This document shows, piece by piece, positions 1-9,352 of a stretch of DNA of 32,000 nucleotides. The stretch's first letter is position 1; each line of letters opens with the position of its first letter. This stretch comes from Candidatus Velamenicoccus archaeovorus (GTDB taxonomy: Bacteria; Omnitrophota; Gorgyraeia; Velamenicoccales; Velamenicoccaceae), in the NCBI RefSeq assembly GCF_004102945.1, contig NZ_CP019384.1, positions 540,001-572,000 on the forward strand. The letters are read 5' to 3'. The notes below the pieces were generated by a model. That model was not told the DNA's origin. It made no database searches and worked only from the letters and a program-made list of their open reading frames with translations. The position numbers were made by a program, and so were the translations under genes.

Positions 1-1
1 T

Positions 2-604
2 ATTTTGGCGACGGGCGCCAGGCCCAGGAGGTTGGGGGTCCCCGGAGAGAACAAGTTGACGGGCCGCGGCGTTTCTTATTGCGCCACATGCGACGGCCCT
101 CTGTTTCGCGACAAAAACGTCGTGGTCGTCGGCGGCGGCGAAACGGCTTTGGAGGAGGCGTTGTATTTGAGCCGTTTTGTCAAGACGGTCACCATCGTGC
201 ATCGTCGACAGGGATTGAGGGCAACGGCGCTGATCCAGGAGCGCGTCGCCAAAGATCCGAAGATCCGGTTGAAGCTGGAATTCGTTCCCCTCGAGGTCGT
301 CGGGGCGTCCCGCGTGGAGGCCCTGAAGATCCGGAACGTTGCAGACAAACACGAAGAGTCGTTGGCGTGCGACGGCGTTTTCGTCTTTATCGGTTTCAAT
401 CCTGAAACGGCGTTTTTGGAAGGGATGCTTGAGACCACCCAGGAAGGATATATCCTGACGGATGAACGGATGATGGCATCGGTCGAAGGGGTTTTCGTCT
501 GTGGGGATTGCCGCAAGAGACCCTTGAATCAGGTCGTCACGGCCTGCTCTGAAGGCGCCATCGCCGCTTATGCGGCCGCAAGATTCCTGGAGCAGGCAAC
601 ATAA
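2..604 (+). CDS. trxB: Thioredoxin-disulfide reductase, C-terminal part (5' end outside window)
   Basis: Reading frame is open from the window edge. Redox-active CATC in GVSYCATCDG, NADPH-site VVVVGGGETALEEA...HRR, and C-terminal FAD motif GVFVCGDC. Stop TAA at 602-604. Confidence 0.9.
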   Translation: MLATGARPRRLGVPGENKLTGRGVSYCATCDGPLFRDKNVVVVGGGETALEEALYLSRFVKTVTIVHRRQGLRATALIQERVAKDPKIRLKLEFVPLEVVGASRVEALKIRNVADKHEESLACDGVFVFIGFNPETAFLEGMLETTQEGYILTDERMMASVEGVFVCGDCRKRPLNQVVTACSEGAIAAYAAARFLEQAT

Positions 605-621
605 CAGGTCCGCGGGATCCC

Positions 622-1563
622 ATGAAAAAAACCGCTTCTTACCTTTTAAGGATCGGCATAACCGCAGGTTTGCTGATCCTTTTGTTTTTCCGCACGCCCC
701 TCAAAAAAATCGTCTCCATCGTCCTGCAGGCCGATTTTTACTGGCTCCTGGGAGCTTTTCTGCTGTTTTTCTTCCTCAATGTCCTTGTTTTCCTGAGATG
801 GTTTCTTTTGCTGCGCGGCCGCGGCATCCATGTTTTCCCCCCGCGGCTGTTTTTGTCCTATCTTGTTTCTCTGTTTTTCAACCTGATATTTCCTTCGACG
901 ATCGGCGGGGATGCGGTGCGCACGCTTGATATCTCCCGCCATACGCAGAGGCATTCGAGCGGTATTCTGGCGAGCGTCGTTTTGGACCGTGTCAGCGGCT
1001 TCCTCGGCCTCGTGACCGTCCTCATTTTTTCCCTTGCGTTCGGTTATAAAGTCTTTAACGACGCCAGCATCTTTCTGGCGACGGGCATCCTTTTATTTTT
1101 AGTCCTTGTTTTTTGCGGCATGATGTTCTCGGGCCGCTTCTTCGGTCTCTTGGCCGCATGCATCCCGTTTGGCGGCGTGCGCGGGTATTTCGAGAAGATC
1201 CACAAGGAGACAAAGGCGTACAAGGGGCAACGCAGCGTCCTCTGGATGTCATGGATCATCTCTTCACTCACCCATGTGGGGCTGGCGTTTACCTATTATC
1301 TGACGGCGCGCGCCTTCGGTCTGGATTATTCCCTGATCTATTTTTTGATCTTTGTGCCGATGATCACGGCTTTTTCGTCCCTGCCCGTCTCCATCGGCGG
1401 ACTGGGCGTCAGGGATGCGGCCTCCGTCTTTGTCTTTGCCAAGATCGGCATTGCGGCCGAGAAGGCCTTTGCGATATCGCTGATGAATTTCGGCTACACC
1501 TTCCTCTTGGGTCTCTTGGGAGCCGCCGGTTATGTCTTTATTCTATATCGTCGACGGGTATAA
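622..1563 (+). CDS. Multi-pass membrane protein, lysyl-phosphatidylglycerol-synthase TM region / flippase-like domain family
   Basis: 313 aa with about 8 hydrophobic segments. The N-terminal pattern LLRIGITAGLL...FLRWFLLLRG...FFNLIFPSTIGGDAVR is typical of the PF03706-type flippase-like domain as I recall it. Confidence 0.7.
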   Translation: MKKTASYLLRIGITAGLLILLFFRTPLKKIVSIVLQADFYWLLGAFLLFFFLNVLVFLRWFLLLRGRGIHVFPPRLFLSYLVSLFFNLIFPSTIGGDAVRTLDISRHTQRHSSGILASVVLDRVSGFLGLVTVLIFSLAFGYKVFNDASIFLATGILLFLVLVFCGMMFSGRFFGLLAACIPFGGVRGYFEKIHKETKAYKGQRSVLWMSWIISSLTHVGLAFTYYLTARAFGLDYSLIYFLIFVPMITAFSSLPVSIGGLGVRDAASVFVFAKIGIAAEKAFAISLMNFGYTFLLGLLGAAGYVFILYRRRV

Positions 1564-2026
1564 CGTCATCAAGCGCTCGGGGCCTTTTTGCGATCTGCCC
1601 CTGCGCCAGGCGCGGGAACGCTTTTTTATGTTTTTGGAAAGCAGCCGGCCGCACGGCTCGGTGCGCAACAGGCTGGCGGTCGTCTTTGACGGGTCTGCGC
1701 AGGTGTTCGGTTTCAAAGAAAGCAGGACGTTCGAGATCATTTTTACGACGGGTGAATCCGCCGATGAGAAGATCAAAGAGATGGTCCGCGCGGACAGGGA
1801 TCCCCGCAACATCGTCGTCGTGACGGATGACAGGGAGCTGGGGTACGCGGTGCGGTGCCAGGGCGCGCGGGTCATAGTTTGCGCCGATTTCCTGAAGTCG
1901 TCCGGCACAGCCAAGAGGCGGGGGCGGTCCGTTGCCCAGGAAGCCGATCTCAAGAATGTCCTTAATATCGTACAGAGGGAAAAGATCACGCAGGAGCTTA
2001 AAGGCCTATGGCTCAAAGAACCATGA
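1532..2026 (+). CDS. NYN-domain (YacP/Rae1-like) predicted RNase
   Basis: 164 aa. The N-terminal YIVDGYNVI and internal VVVTDD acidic motifs are typical of the YacP-like NYN family. Overlaps the upstream gene by 32 nt. Confidence 0.7.
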   Translation: MSLFYIVDGYNVIKRSGPFCDLPLRQARERFFMFLESSRPHGSVRNRLAVVFDGSAQVFGFKESRTFEIIFTTGESADEKIKEMVRADRDPRNIVVVTDDRELGYAVRCQGARVIVCADFLKSSGTAKRRGRSVAQEADLKNVLNIVQREKITQELKGLWLKEP

Positions 2027-2487
2027 TGGTCAGCGCATGCCTGGCCGGGGTCAACTGTGTTTATGACGGCAGCCATAACCGTCAGTCCCATTTTGCCGGG
2101 CTTCTGCATGATGGGGAGGTTTTTTTGTTCTGCCCCGAGGTCCTGGGGGGCATGCGCATCCCGCATCCGCCCTCCGAGATCCGCGGCGGGGATGGTTTTG
2201 CCGTCCTGGAAGGCAGGGCGCGGGTTGTCTCGAGGGACGGACGCGACGTGACGGAATTTTTTCTTCTTGGCGCCAGAAAAACCCTGGCCTTTGCGCGCAA
2301 GCACGGAGTGAAGACCGCCGTCATGAAGGCCAAGAGTCCTTCTTGCGGATGCGGCAAGATCTACGACGGGACGTTCACCAAGACATTGATCCCCGGTTTC
2401 GGTGTGACGGCCGCATTGCTGAAGCAGAACGGCATTGAGGTCGTCAGCGATGAGGAGTATTTGTCGGTCGTGAAAACAGAAGAATGA
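2023..2487 (+). CDS. DUF523 family protein (TudS-like, putative 4Fe-4S thiouracil desulfidase family)
   Basis: Motifs VSACLAG..C.YDG, CPEVLGG and KAKSPSCG supply the conserved Cys residues of DUF523. The ATG at 2023 forms an ATGA overlap with the upstream stop. An alternative ATG lies at 2008. Confidence 0.8.
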   Translation: MMVSACLAGVNCVYDGSHNRQSHFAGLLHDGEVFLFCPEVLGGMRIPHPPSEIRGGDGFAVLEGRARVVSRDGRDVTEFFLLGARKTLAFARKHGVKTAVMKAKSPSCGCGKIYDGTFTKTLIPGFGVTAALLKQNGIEVVSDEEYLSVVKTEE

Positions 2488-2614
2488 CGAAGTCGAAAAA
2501 ACAATGTCCAAGGCGGACTTAAAAGTTTTCTCCGTTTCCTCTGGGGTGAATCTTTAGCATTTGACATTTTGGGATTAGGGTTTTGGAATTGGTCATTTCG
2601 TATTCTGATTGAAG

Positions 2615-3391
2615 ATGTCTAAACAATCCAAGAGTGATTATTGGCTCAAATTCCTGGGGACGGCGGGCGCGCGGTTCGTCATGATCCGCCAGCTGCGGGC
2701 CTCCGGAGGGCTGTGGCTCAAGTCCGGCACGACACAGGTTCTCATCGACCCGGGGCCGGGGTGTCTCGTGCGGTGTTCATCCGTCAGGCCCAAGCTTGAT
2801 CCGACGGGTCTCAACGCGATCATCCTGACGCACCGTCACCTGGATCATGCCAATGACATTAATGTGATGATCGAGGCCATGACAGAGGGGGGTTTTAAAA
2901 AGCGCGGCGTCGTTTACGTCCCTCAAGACGCCCTCGGCGACGACCCGGTGATCTATAAATATGCGAGGGAATTCGCAGGCAAGATCGAGGTCCTGGCGCC
3001 GCAGACGGCTTATCATCTCGGGGATTTTTCTTTCGAGACGACGGCGCCCTTGCGCCATCCGAGCATGACCTACGGCCTGAAGTTCATGATGGGAGAGACC
3101 AGGGTTTGTCTTTTGTCGGATACGGAATATTTCGAAGGGCTGGAGGACATGTTTGCCTGCGACGTGCTTATCGTCAATGTCGTTTTTTTCGAGCCCCATC
3201 CCGGTATCCAGCACCTGAATTTCGGCGACGTCAAAAAGATCGTCGAGCGCCTGACGCCCCAAAAAACGATCCTGACCCATTTCGGTCTGACGATGCTCAA
3301 GAACCATCCCCATGTCCTGGCAAGGCAGCTGAGCTGGGAGACAGGGTTGAATGTCGCGGCGGCGACGGACGGCCTGAAGGTGGAATTTTAG
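2615..3391 (+). CDS. MBL-fold metallo-hydrolase
   Basis: HxHxDH motif in ILTHRHLDHAND, with downstream His/Asp ligands (LSDTEY, THFG). ATG at 2615; the ORF track uses TTG at 2609. Confidence 0.8.
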   Translation: MSKQSKSDYWLKFLGTAGARFVMIRQLRASGGLWLKSGTTQVLIDPGPGCLVRCSSVRPKLDPTGLNAIILTHRHLDHANDINVMIEAMTEGGFKKRGVVYVPQDALGDDPVIYKYAREFAGKIEVLAPQTAYHLGDFSFETTAPLRHPSMTYGLKFMMGETRVCLLSDTEYFEGLEDMFACDVLIVNVVFFEPHPGIQHLNFGDVKKIVERLTPQKTILTHFGLTMLKNHPHVLARQLSWETGLNVAAATDGLKVEF

Positions 3392-3427
3392 CCGTGCGGC
3401 CTTTGGGGCCATAGGGAGGAGAAAAAG

Positions 3428-4294
3428 ATGAAGGATCTGCTGATAGCTCTACGGCCTCAACAGTGGGTCAAGAACATCGCTTTGTTCGCCGGTTTGATCT
3501 TTTCGCAGAATTTTTTTGACCCATGGAAGAGCGTCGTCGTCCTGGCCGCGGCGGTCGTTTTTTGCCTGGCCTCCAGTGGTCTTTACCTGCTCAACGATAT
3601 CCTGGACATCGAAGCGGACAGGAAACACCCGCAGAAGAAAAATAGGCCTCTGGCTTCGGGCCGGATCAGGCCGGTCACAGCCCATGTTTTAAGCTATGCG
3701 CTGATGGTTTGGGCGCTTATCGCCGCCTATGTCCTGAATAGGAATTTCGGCCTCATCCTCGCCATTTACCTTGTCCTCGAATTTTCTTATTCGACCTATC
3801 TTAAAAACGTCGTGATCCTCGACATCTTTTGCATTGCCGCGGGGTTCTTGCTGCGCGTGATAGGGGGTGCCGTCGTCATCGATGTGCCGATGTCGAGCTG
3901 GCTCTTGATCTGCACGATCTTCCTTTCCTTGTTTTTGGCCCTGGCGAAGCGCCGCGGGGAGATGGTCCTGTTGGAGGACCGTGCCGCCGATCACAGGCCT
4001 GTCCTGGCCCATTACAGTCTGCCGTTTATCGACCAGATGATGACCGTCGTGACGGCTTCGACCATCCTGGGCTATGTCCTGTATGCGCTTTCTCCGGAGA
4101 CGACGGCCAAATTCCATACGAGGAATCTCCAGTATTCCATCATCTTTGTCGTTTACGGCATCTTCCGGTATCTTTATCTTGTTTTTCAGAAGAGAGAAGG
4201 AGGGGCGCCGGAAAGGGTCCTGTTTTCCGACAAGCCGCTTCTTTTGAATCTGCTGTTTTATCTCGCGTCTGTCATTGCAGCGGTGTATTTTTAA
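3428..4294 (+). CDS. UbiA-family prenyltransferase, decaprenyl-phosphate phosphoribosyltransferase-like
   Basis: 288 aa with about 8 TM segments. N-terminal ALRPQQWVKN, first Asp-rich motif YLLNDILDIEADRKHPQKKNRPLASG, second region YSTYLKNVVILDIFCIAAGFLLR. SD GGGAGGAG lies upstream. Confidence 0.75.
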   Translation: MKDLLIALRPQQWVKNIALFAGLIFSQNFFDPWKSVVVLAAAVVFCLASSGLYLLNDILDIEADRKHPQKKNRPLASGRIRPVTAHVLSYALMVWALIAAYVLNRNFGLILAIYLVLEFSYSTYLKNVVILDIFCIAAGFLLRVIGGAVVIDVPMSSWLLICTIFLSLFLALAKRRGEMVLLEDRAADHRPVLAHYSLPFIDQMMTVVTASTILGYVLYALSPETTAKFHTRNLQYSIIFVVYGIFRYLYLVFQKREGGAPERVLFSDKPLLLNLLFYLASVIAAVYF

Positions 4295-4300
4295 TGAGGC

Positions 4301-4503
4301 CATGACTTACGGAACGATAGTGACGTAAGTCATATGGCCGAATTAATCCGCCAGCGTTTTAGTGGCGGATAGATCAAAGCCATGACTTACGGAACGATAG
4401 TGACGTAAGTCATATGGCCGAATTAATCCGCCAGCGTTTTAGTGGCGGATAGATCAAAGCCATGACTTACGGAACGATAGTGACGTAAGTCATGTGGCCG
4501 AAT
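4301..4503. repeat. Tandem 80-bp direct repeat, 2.5 copies, each unit carrying two hairpins
   Basis: 4301-4380 and 4381-4460 are identical 80/80 by direct comparison. 4461-4503 matches with one change (A to G at 4494). Hairpin 1 pairs 4302-4311 with 4324-4333. Hairpin 2 pairs 4346-4353 with 4363-4370. Confidence 0.95.
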
Positions 4504-4605
4504 TTCAGCCGTAGGCTGATCCGCCTCCGGCGGAAATCCGTCGAAGTATTAGCGTCGGGATATGGTTCCGGTCTTCAACGGTCTTTTTCTTGCCCGGATA
4601 AACTC

Positions 4606-6072
4606 ATGTCAACAACCCTGCGGCGTTTTCTTGTTCTTGTCTTGATTTGGATTGCCTCGACCGTGTTTTTTCTGGGCCTCGGCGCAGACGCTCAGAGGCC
4701 TTTTATCGGCTTCCCCCTTGACGATACCTGGATCCATTTCAGTTTTGCCAGGAATCTTGTCCAATACGATTCTTTCGGCTTAAATCCTTTTGAGCCGTCC
4801 AGCGGGAGCACGTCTCCTTTATGGGTCGCCCTTCTTGCCTTTTTGAAAATCCTGGGTCTGCCTTTTGAGGTTTCCGCTCTCAGTATGGGCATTTTTTTTG
4901 TTTTTCTGACTGCTCTTTGCGTCGAGAAGATCGTTAGGCTTATGACAAGGGAGGAGCGGACTGGATTTTATGCGGCGGTCCTGGTCCTTTTGTCCGGCCG
5001 TTTCCTTTGGGGCGCTCTTTCAGGCATGGAAGTCGCGCTTTTTTCTTTTCTGGCGGCCCTCGGTATTTATCTCCATCAGAAATTTTCGCAGGAAGGAAGG
5101 ATGAGCGTTTTGCCGGCGTTGGTTTTCGGCCTGGCATCCTTGGCGCGGCCGGAAGGCCATCTGCTTTTTGTCCTGGCGTTCGGCGAGCTCTGTATCAGGG
5201 ATCTCCGCCGCTGGAAACAACTCCTTCCGGGCACCCTTCTTTACGGCCTGACTTACGCGATCATGGTCATTCCTTATCTTCTTTTCTCCTGGATCCTGAC
5301 GCACAGGTTGTTCTGCAGCAGTTACTATTCCAAAATGCTTTTTACTTGGAGGATGACGGCAGGGCCTTATCTTAAAGAATATATCGGCTTTGTTTTTTGG
5401 GACAACCCGTTCCTGGCGCCTTTTCTTGTTTCAGGCCTTTGGGAGTGTGTCCGCAGGCGCTGGGGGCTTATAAGTGTTTGGCTTGTCGTCTTTCCTCTGG
5501 CCGCCTCTCATGTTTCCCCTATTCTCATCCATCATGGCCGCTATATCATGCCGCTTGTCCCGTTCTATTCTCTGGTGGGGTTCCTGGGGTTGCGCCGGAT
5601 TCTGCACGGGAACCCTTTTCGCGTCTTGTTGGTATTGGCGATTGCATGGTGTCTGTTCAGCGTTGGCCGGTGGGCCGGGATCTATGCGGCGGACAGCGCA
5701 TCCATCTATGGGCAGCATTACCGCGCGGCCTTGTGGCTTAAAGAACACACGGCGCCCCAGGATGCGATTGCGACCAACGACATCGGCGTCATTTCTTATG
5801 TTTCGGAAAGGCCGATCGTGGACATCTGTGGTATAATCAAGTTGAATGTGCTGAGGGTTATCTGTTCGCCCGCGCCGCCGGAATTCCGGCGGCATATGTT
5901 ATGGCGTTATCTGGCGGCCCGCCACGTGAAATACCTGGCCTATTACCCTACTTGGTTTCCCTGGATCAATGACAGGAAGTGCTTGAAGAAGGTATGTGAG
6001 GTGCGCTACCCCGCCAATACCATCGCTGCGTCGGATACTATGGAGGTTTATCGCGTGCTATGCACAAACTGA
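4606..6072 (+). CDS. Large polytopic membrane protein, probable GT-C-fold glycosyltransferase with C-terminal soluble domain
   Basis: About 12 hydrophobic segments. Acidic first-loop motif FPLDDTWIHFSFARN after TM1. The C-terminal ~130 aa are non-hydrophobic. Start is ambiguous: ATG 4606 (MSTTLRRFLVL...) or ATG 4492 inside the third repeat copy. Confidence 0.55.
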   Translation: MSTTLRRFLVLVLIWIASTVFFLGLGADAQRPFIGFPLDDTWIHFSFARNLVQYDSFGLNPFEPSSGSTSPLWVALLAFLKILGLPFEVSALSMGIFFVFLTALCVEKIVRLMTREERTGFYAAVLVLLSGRFLWGALSGMEVALFSFLAALGIYLHQKFSQEGRMSVLPALVFGLASLARPEGHLLFVLAFGELCIRDLRRWKQLLPGTLLYGLTYAIMVIPYLLFSWILTHRLFCSSYYSKMLFTWRMTAGPYLKEYIGFVFWDNPFLAPFLVSGLWECVRRRWGLISVWLVVFPLAASHVSPILIHHGRYIMPLVPFYSLVGFLGLRRILHGNPFRVLLVLAIAWCLFSVGRWAGIYAADSASIYGQHYRAALWLKEHTAPQDAIATNDIGVISYVSERPIVDICGIIKLNVLRVICSPAPPEFRRHMLWRYLAARHVKYLAYYPTWFPWINDRKCLKKVCEVRYPANTIAASDTMEVYRVLCTN

Positions 6073-7154
6073 GATCAAAAGTTGCTGTGATCAAGACAAC
6101 TCCGGAATGCGTCCTGGAGGATATTAAAAAGCTCTGCCGCCTGGCGGATATGCCGGCGGCCCTGGCCAAAAACCAGCCGGTGATCCTGAAGGACAATATT
6201 TCCTGGCACCTGCCGTTTTTGTCGGCCAACACGACGCCATGGCAGCTGGAAGGCGTCATCCGGGCCTTGAAGGCGTCGGGTTGGGACAGATTGGTTGCCG
6301 TCCACAATAACACCGTGGTAACCGATCCGGACAAGGGGCTGAGGCTCAACAGGCTTCTGGGGGTTTACCGCCAATACGGCGTCGAAGAGAAGTATAATTT
6401 CAACAAGGATGAGATCCGCTGGGTCCCGTATCATCCGAAATTCAAGACACGGGCGCTGCATAAGGTTTACGGCCACGATGTGATGATTCCCGAATATTTC
6501 TTCGGCAAGAACATCGTCCATCTGCCGACGGTCAAGACGCACATCTATACGACGACGACAGGCGCCATGAAAAACGCCTTCGGCGGCCTCTTGGGAACGC
6601 ATAGGCATTATACACATAGCTGGATCCATGAAGTCCTGGTGGACCTTTTGAAGATCCAGCAGGACATCCATAGCGGGATCTTCTGCGTCATGGACGGCAC
6701 GATCTGCGGTTGCGGCCCGGGCCCGCGAACCATGGTGCCTGTGGAGAAGGGCTATATGCTGGCCTCCAGCGATTCTGTGGCCATTGATGCGGTTGCGGCC
6801 AGGATGATGGGATTCGATCCGCTGGCCATCCCGTATATCCGGATGGCGCATGAGGACGGCATCGGGGTCGGCGATGTCGGGGATATCGAGATTGCCGGAG
6901 AGGACATCCGGAACGTCAATTTCCATTTCTATGTCGGCCAGAACATGGTCAGCCGTTTCGGCAGGACCGTCTGGTTCGGCCCTCTCAAGTCCCTGCAGAA
7001 GTTCTTTTTCCGTACGCCGCTGGTCTATTTGTTCGTCTATGCCTCCTTTTTGTATCATGATTATGTCTGGTGGCCGCTGATCGGCCGAAGACGCCAGAGA
7101 AAGATCCTTCGGGGGTCGGCGTGGGGCCGTCTTTTCCGGAATTATCCTTTGTGA
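6060..7154 (+). CDS. DUF362 domain protein with C-terminal hydrophobic tail
   Basis: VAVIKT N-terminus, TVKTHIYTTTTGAMKNAFGG, and DGTICGCGPGP...ASSDSVAIDAVAARMMGFDP are characteristic of DUF362. 13-nt overlap with the upstream gene. Confidence 0.8.
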   Translation: MHKLRSKVAVIKTTPECVLEDIKKLCRLADMPAALAKNQPVILKDNISWHLPFLSANTTPWQLEGVIRALKASGWDRLVAVHNNTVVTDPDKGLRLNRLLGVYRQYGVEEKYNFNKDEIRWVPYHPKFKTRALHKVYGHDVMIPEYFFGKNIVHLPTVKTHIYTTTTGAMKNAFGGLLGTHRHYTHSWIHEVLVDLLKIQQDIHSGIFCVMDGTICGCGPGPRTMVPVEKGYMLASSDSVAIDAVAARMMGFDPLAIPYIRMAHEDGIGVGDVGDIEIAGEDIRNVNFHFYVGQNMVSRFGRTVWFGPLKSLQKFFFRTPLVYLFVYASFLYHDYVWWPLIGRRRQRKILRGSAWGRLFRNYPL

Positions 7155-7178
7155 TCGCCGGGAAGGGAGATATTTTGA

Positions 7179-7207
7179 TTGACTTCCTTGTTTCGCCGTG
7201 ATATTAA
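7179..7207 (+). promoter_or_regulatory. Sigma70-like promoter candidate for pyrG
   Basis: TTGACT (7179-7184), 17-nt spacer, then TATTAA (7202-7207) preceded by TG at 7199-7200 (extended -10 pattern GTGATATTAA). Confidence 0.45.
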
Positions 7208-7259
7208 TAGGATATAATTTTTTTCAGGTGTTATGTGCAGCAAACGCTTAAGACAGGCG

Positions 7260-8969
<1,710 letters not shown>

Positions 8970-8986
8970 GCAGGGTGTCTTTTGTC

Positions 8987-9352
8987 ATGACAAAACATTG
9001 CCCGATAAGAATAGCGGTATTGTCCCTGGCGATATCATGTTGCTGCGGCTGCAGCCAACCCCTGCGCACGCTGATCGCTGTTGGGGATGAACAGAAAGAA
9101 CAGGCCGTCTATGTGCGGCAGGAACAGGCACGGTTCAAAGCCCTCTTGCGCGACATCCATAGGGGCCGCCTTTTGCCCGGGCTGAGGCAGGAACGTGTCT
9201 TGGCTCGTTACGGAGAACCGGTTTTACGCGAAGGCAAGACCTTTCTTTATCGAGACCCGGTTGCCTTCTTCGATACCCCGAAAGTTTATCTCGAATTTGA
9301 CGAAACAGATCTTCTTTCTTCCATCAAGGTGGTCACAGATGAAAAGCCATAA
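8987..9352 (+). CDS. Small hypothetical lipoprotein
   Basis: MTKHCPIRIAVLSLAISCCCGCS is signal-peptide and lipobox-like. 121 aa with no recognised domain. Its 3' end overlaps the phosphorylase start by 14 nt. Confidence 0.5.
   Translation: MTKHCPIRIAVLSLAISCCCGCSQPLRTLIAVGDEQKEQAVYVRQEQARFKALLRDIHRGRLLPGLRQERVLARYGEPVLREGKTFLYRDPVAFFDTPKVYLEFDETDLLSSIKVVTDEKP

Noticed and set aside
1543-2511. 322-aa minus-strand ORF
   Set aside because: It is antisense to the NYN and DUF523 genes, has a low-complexity Arg/Ser/Pro-rich translation and no motifs. Shadow ORF.
2561-2599. Perfect TTGACA (2561-2566) as a -35 element, and TGGAATTGGTCATTTCG as a sigma54-type -24/-12 promoter
   Set aside because: There is no acceptable -10 hexamer 16-19 nt downstream of TTGACA. 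The sigma54 reading lacks the GC of the -12 element at correct spacing, and the same holds for 18712-18727.
4334-4372. 12-codon mini-ORF (MAELIRQRFSGG) present in each full repeat unit, considered as a leader peptide
   Set aside because: There is no SD upstream and the start is buried in the 3' arm of hairpin 1. The sequence is more simply explained by the hairpin-2 palindrome. It is kept only as a note within the repeat finding.
4301-4503. Possibility that the 80-bp tandem repeat is a CRISPR array
   Set aside because: The units are directly abutting with no unique spacers, the repeat length is atypical, and there are no cas genes in the window.
4492-4605. Taking ATG 4492 as the definitive start of the GT-C-like gene, as in the ORF track
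   Set aside because: The first 38 codons are repeat-derived and neither start has an SD. ATG 4606 gives a normal short N-terminus before TM1. The start is left as unresolved rather than asserted.
6075-7058. 327-aa minus-strand ORF
   Set aside because: It is antisense to the DUF362 gene, whose family motifs are clear, and has no motif content of its own.
7213-7225. Bacillus-type reiterative-transcription control of pyrG
   Set aside because: I see a leader terminator. I do not see the GGGC-type initially transcribed sequence or a matching pyrimidine tract in the 5' arm of the hairpin. Only a generic attenuator is proposed.
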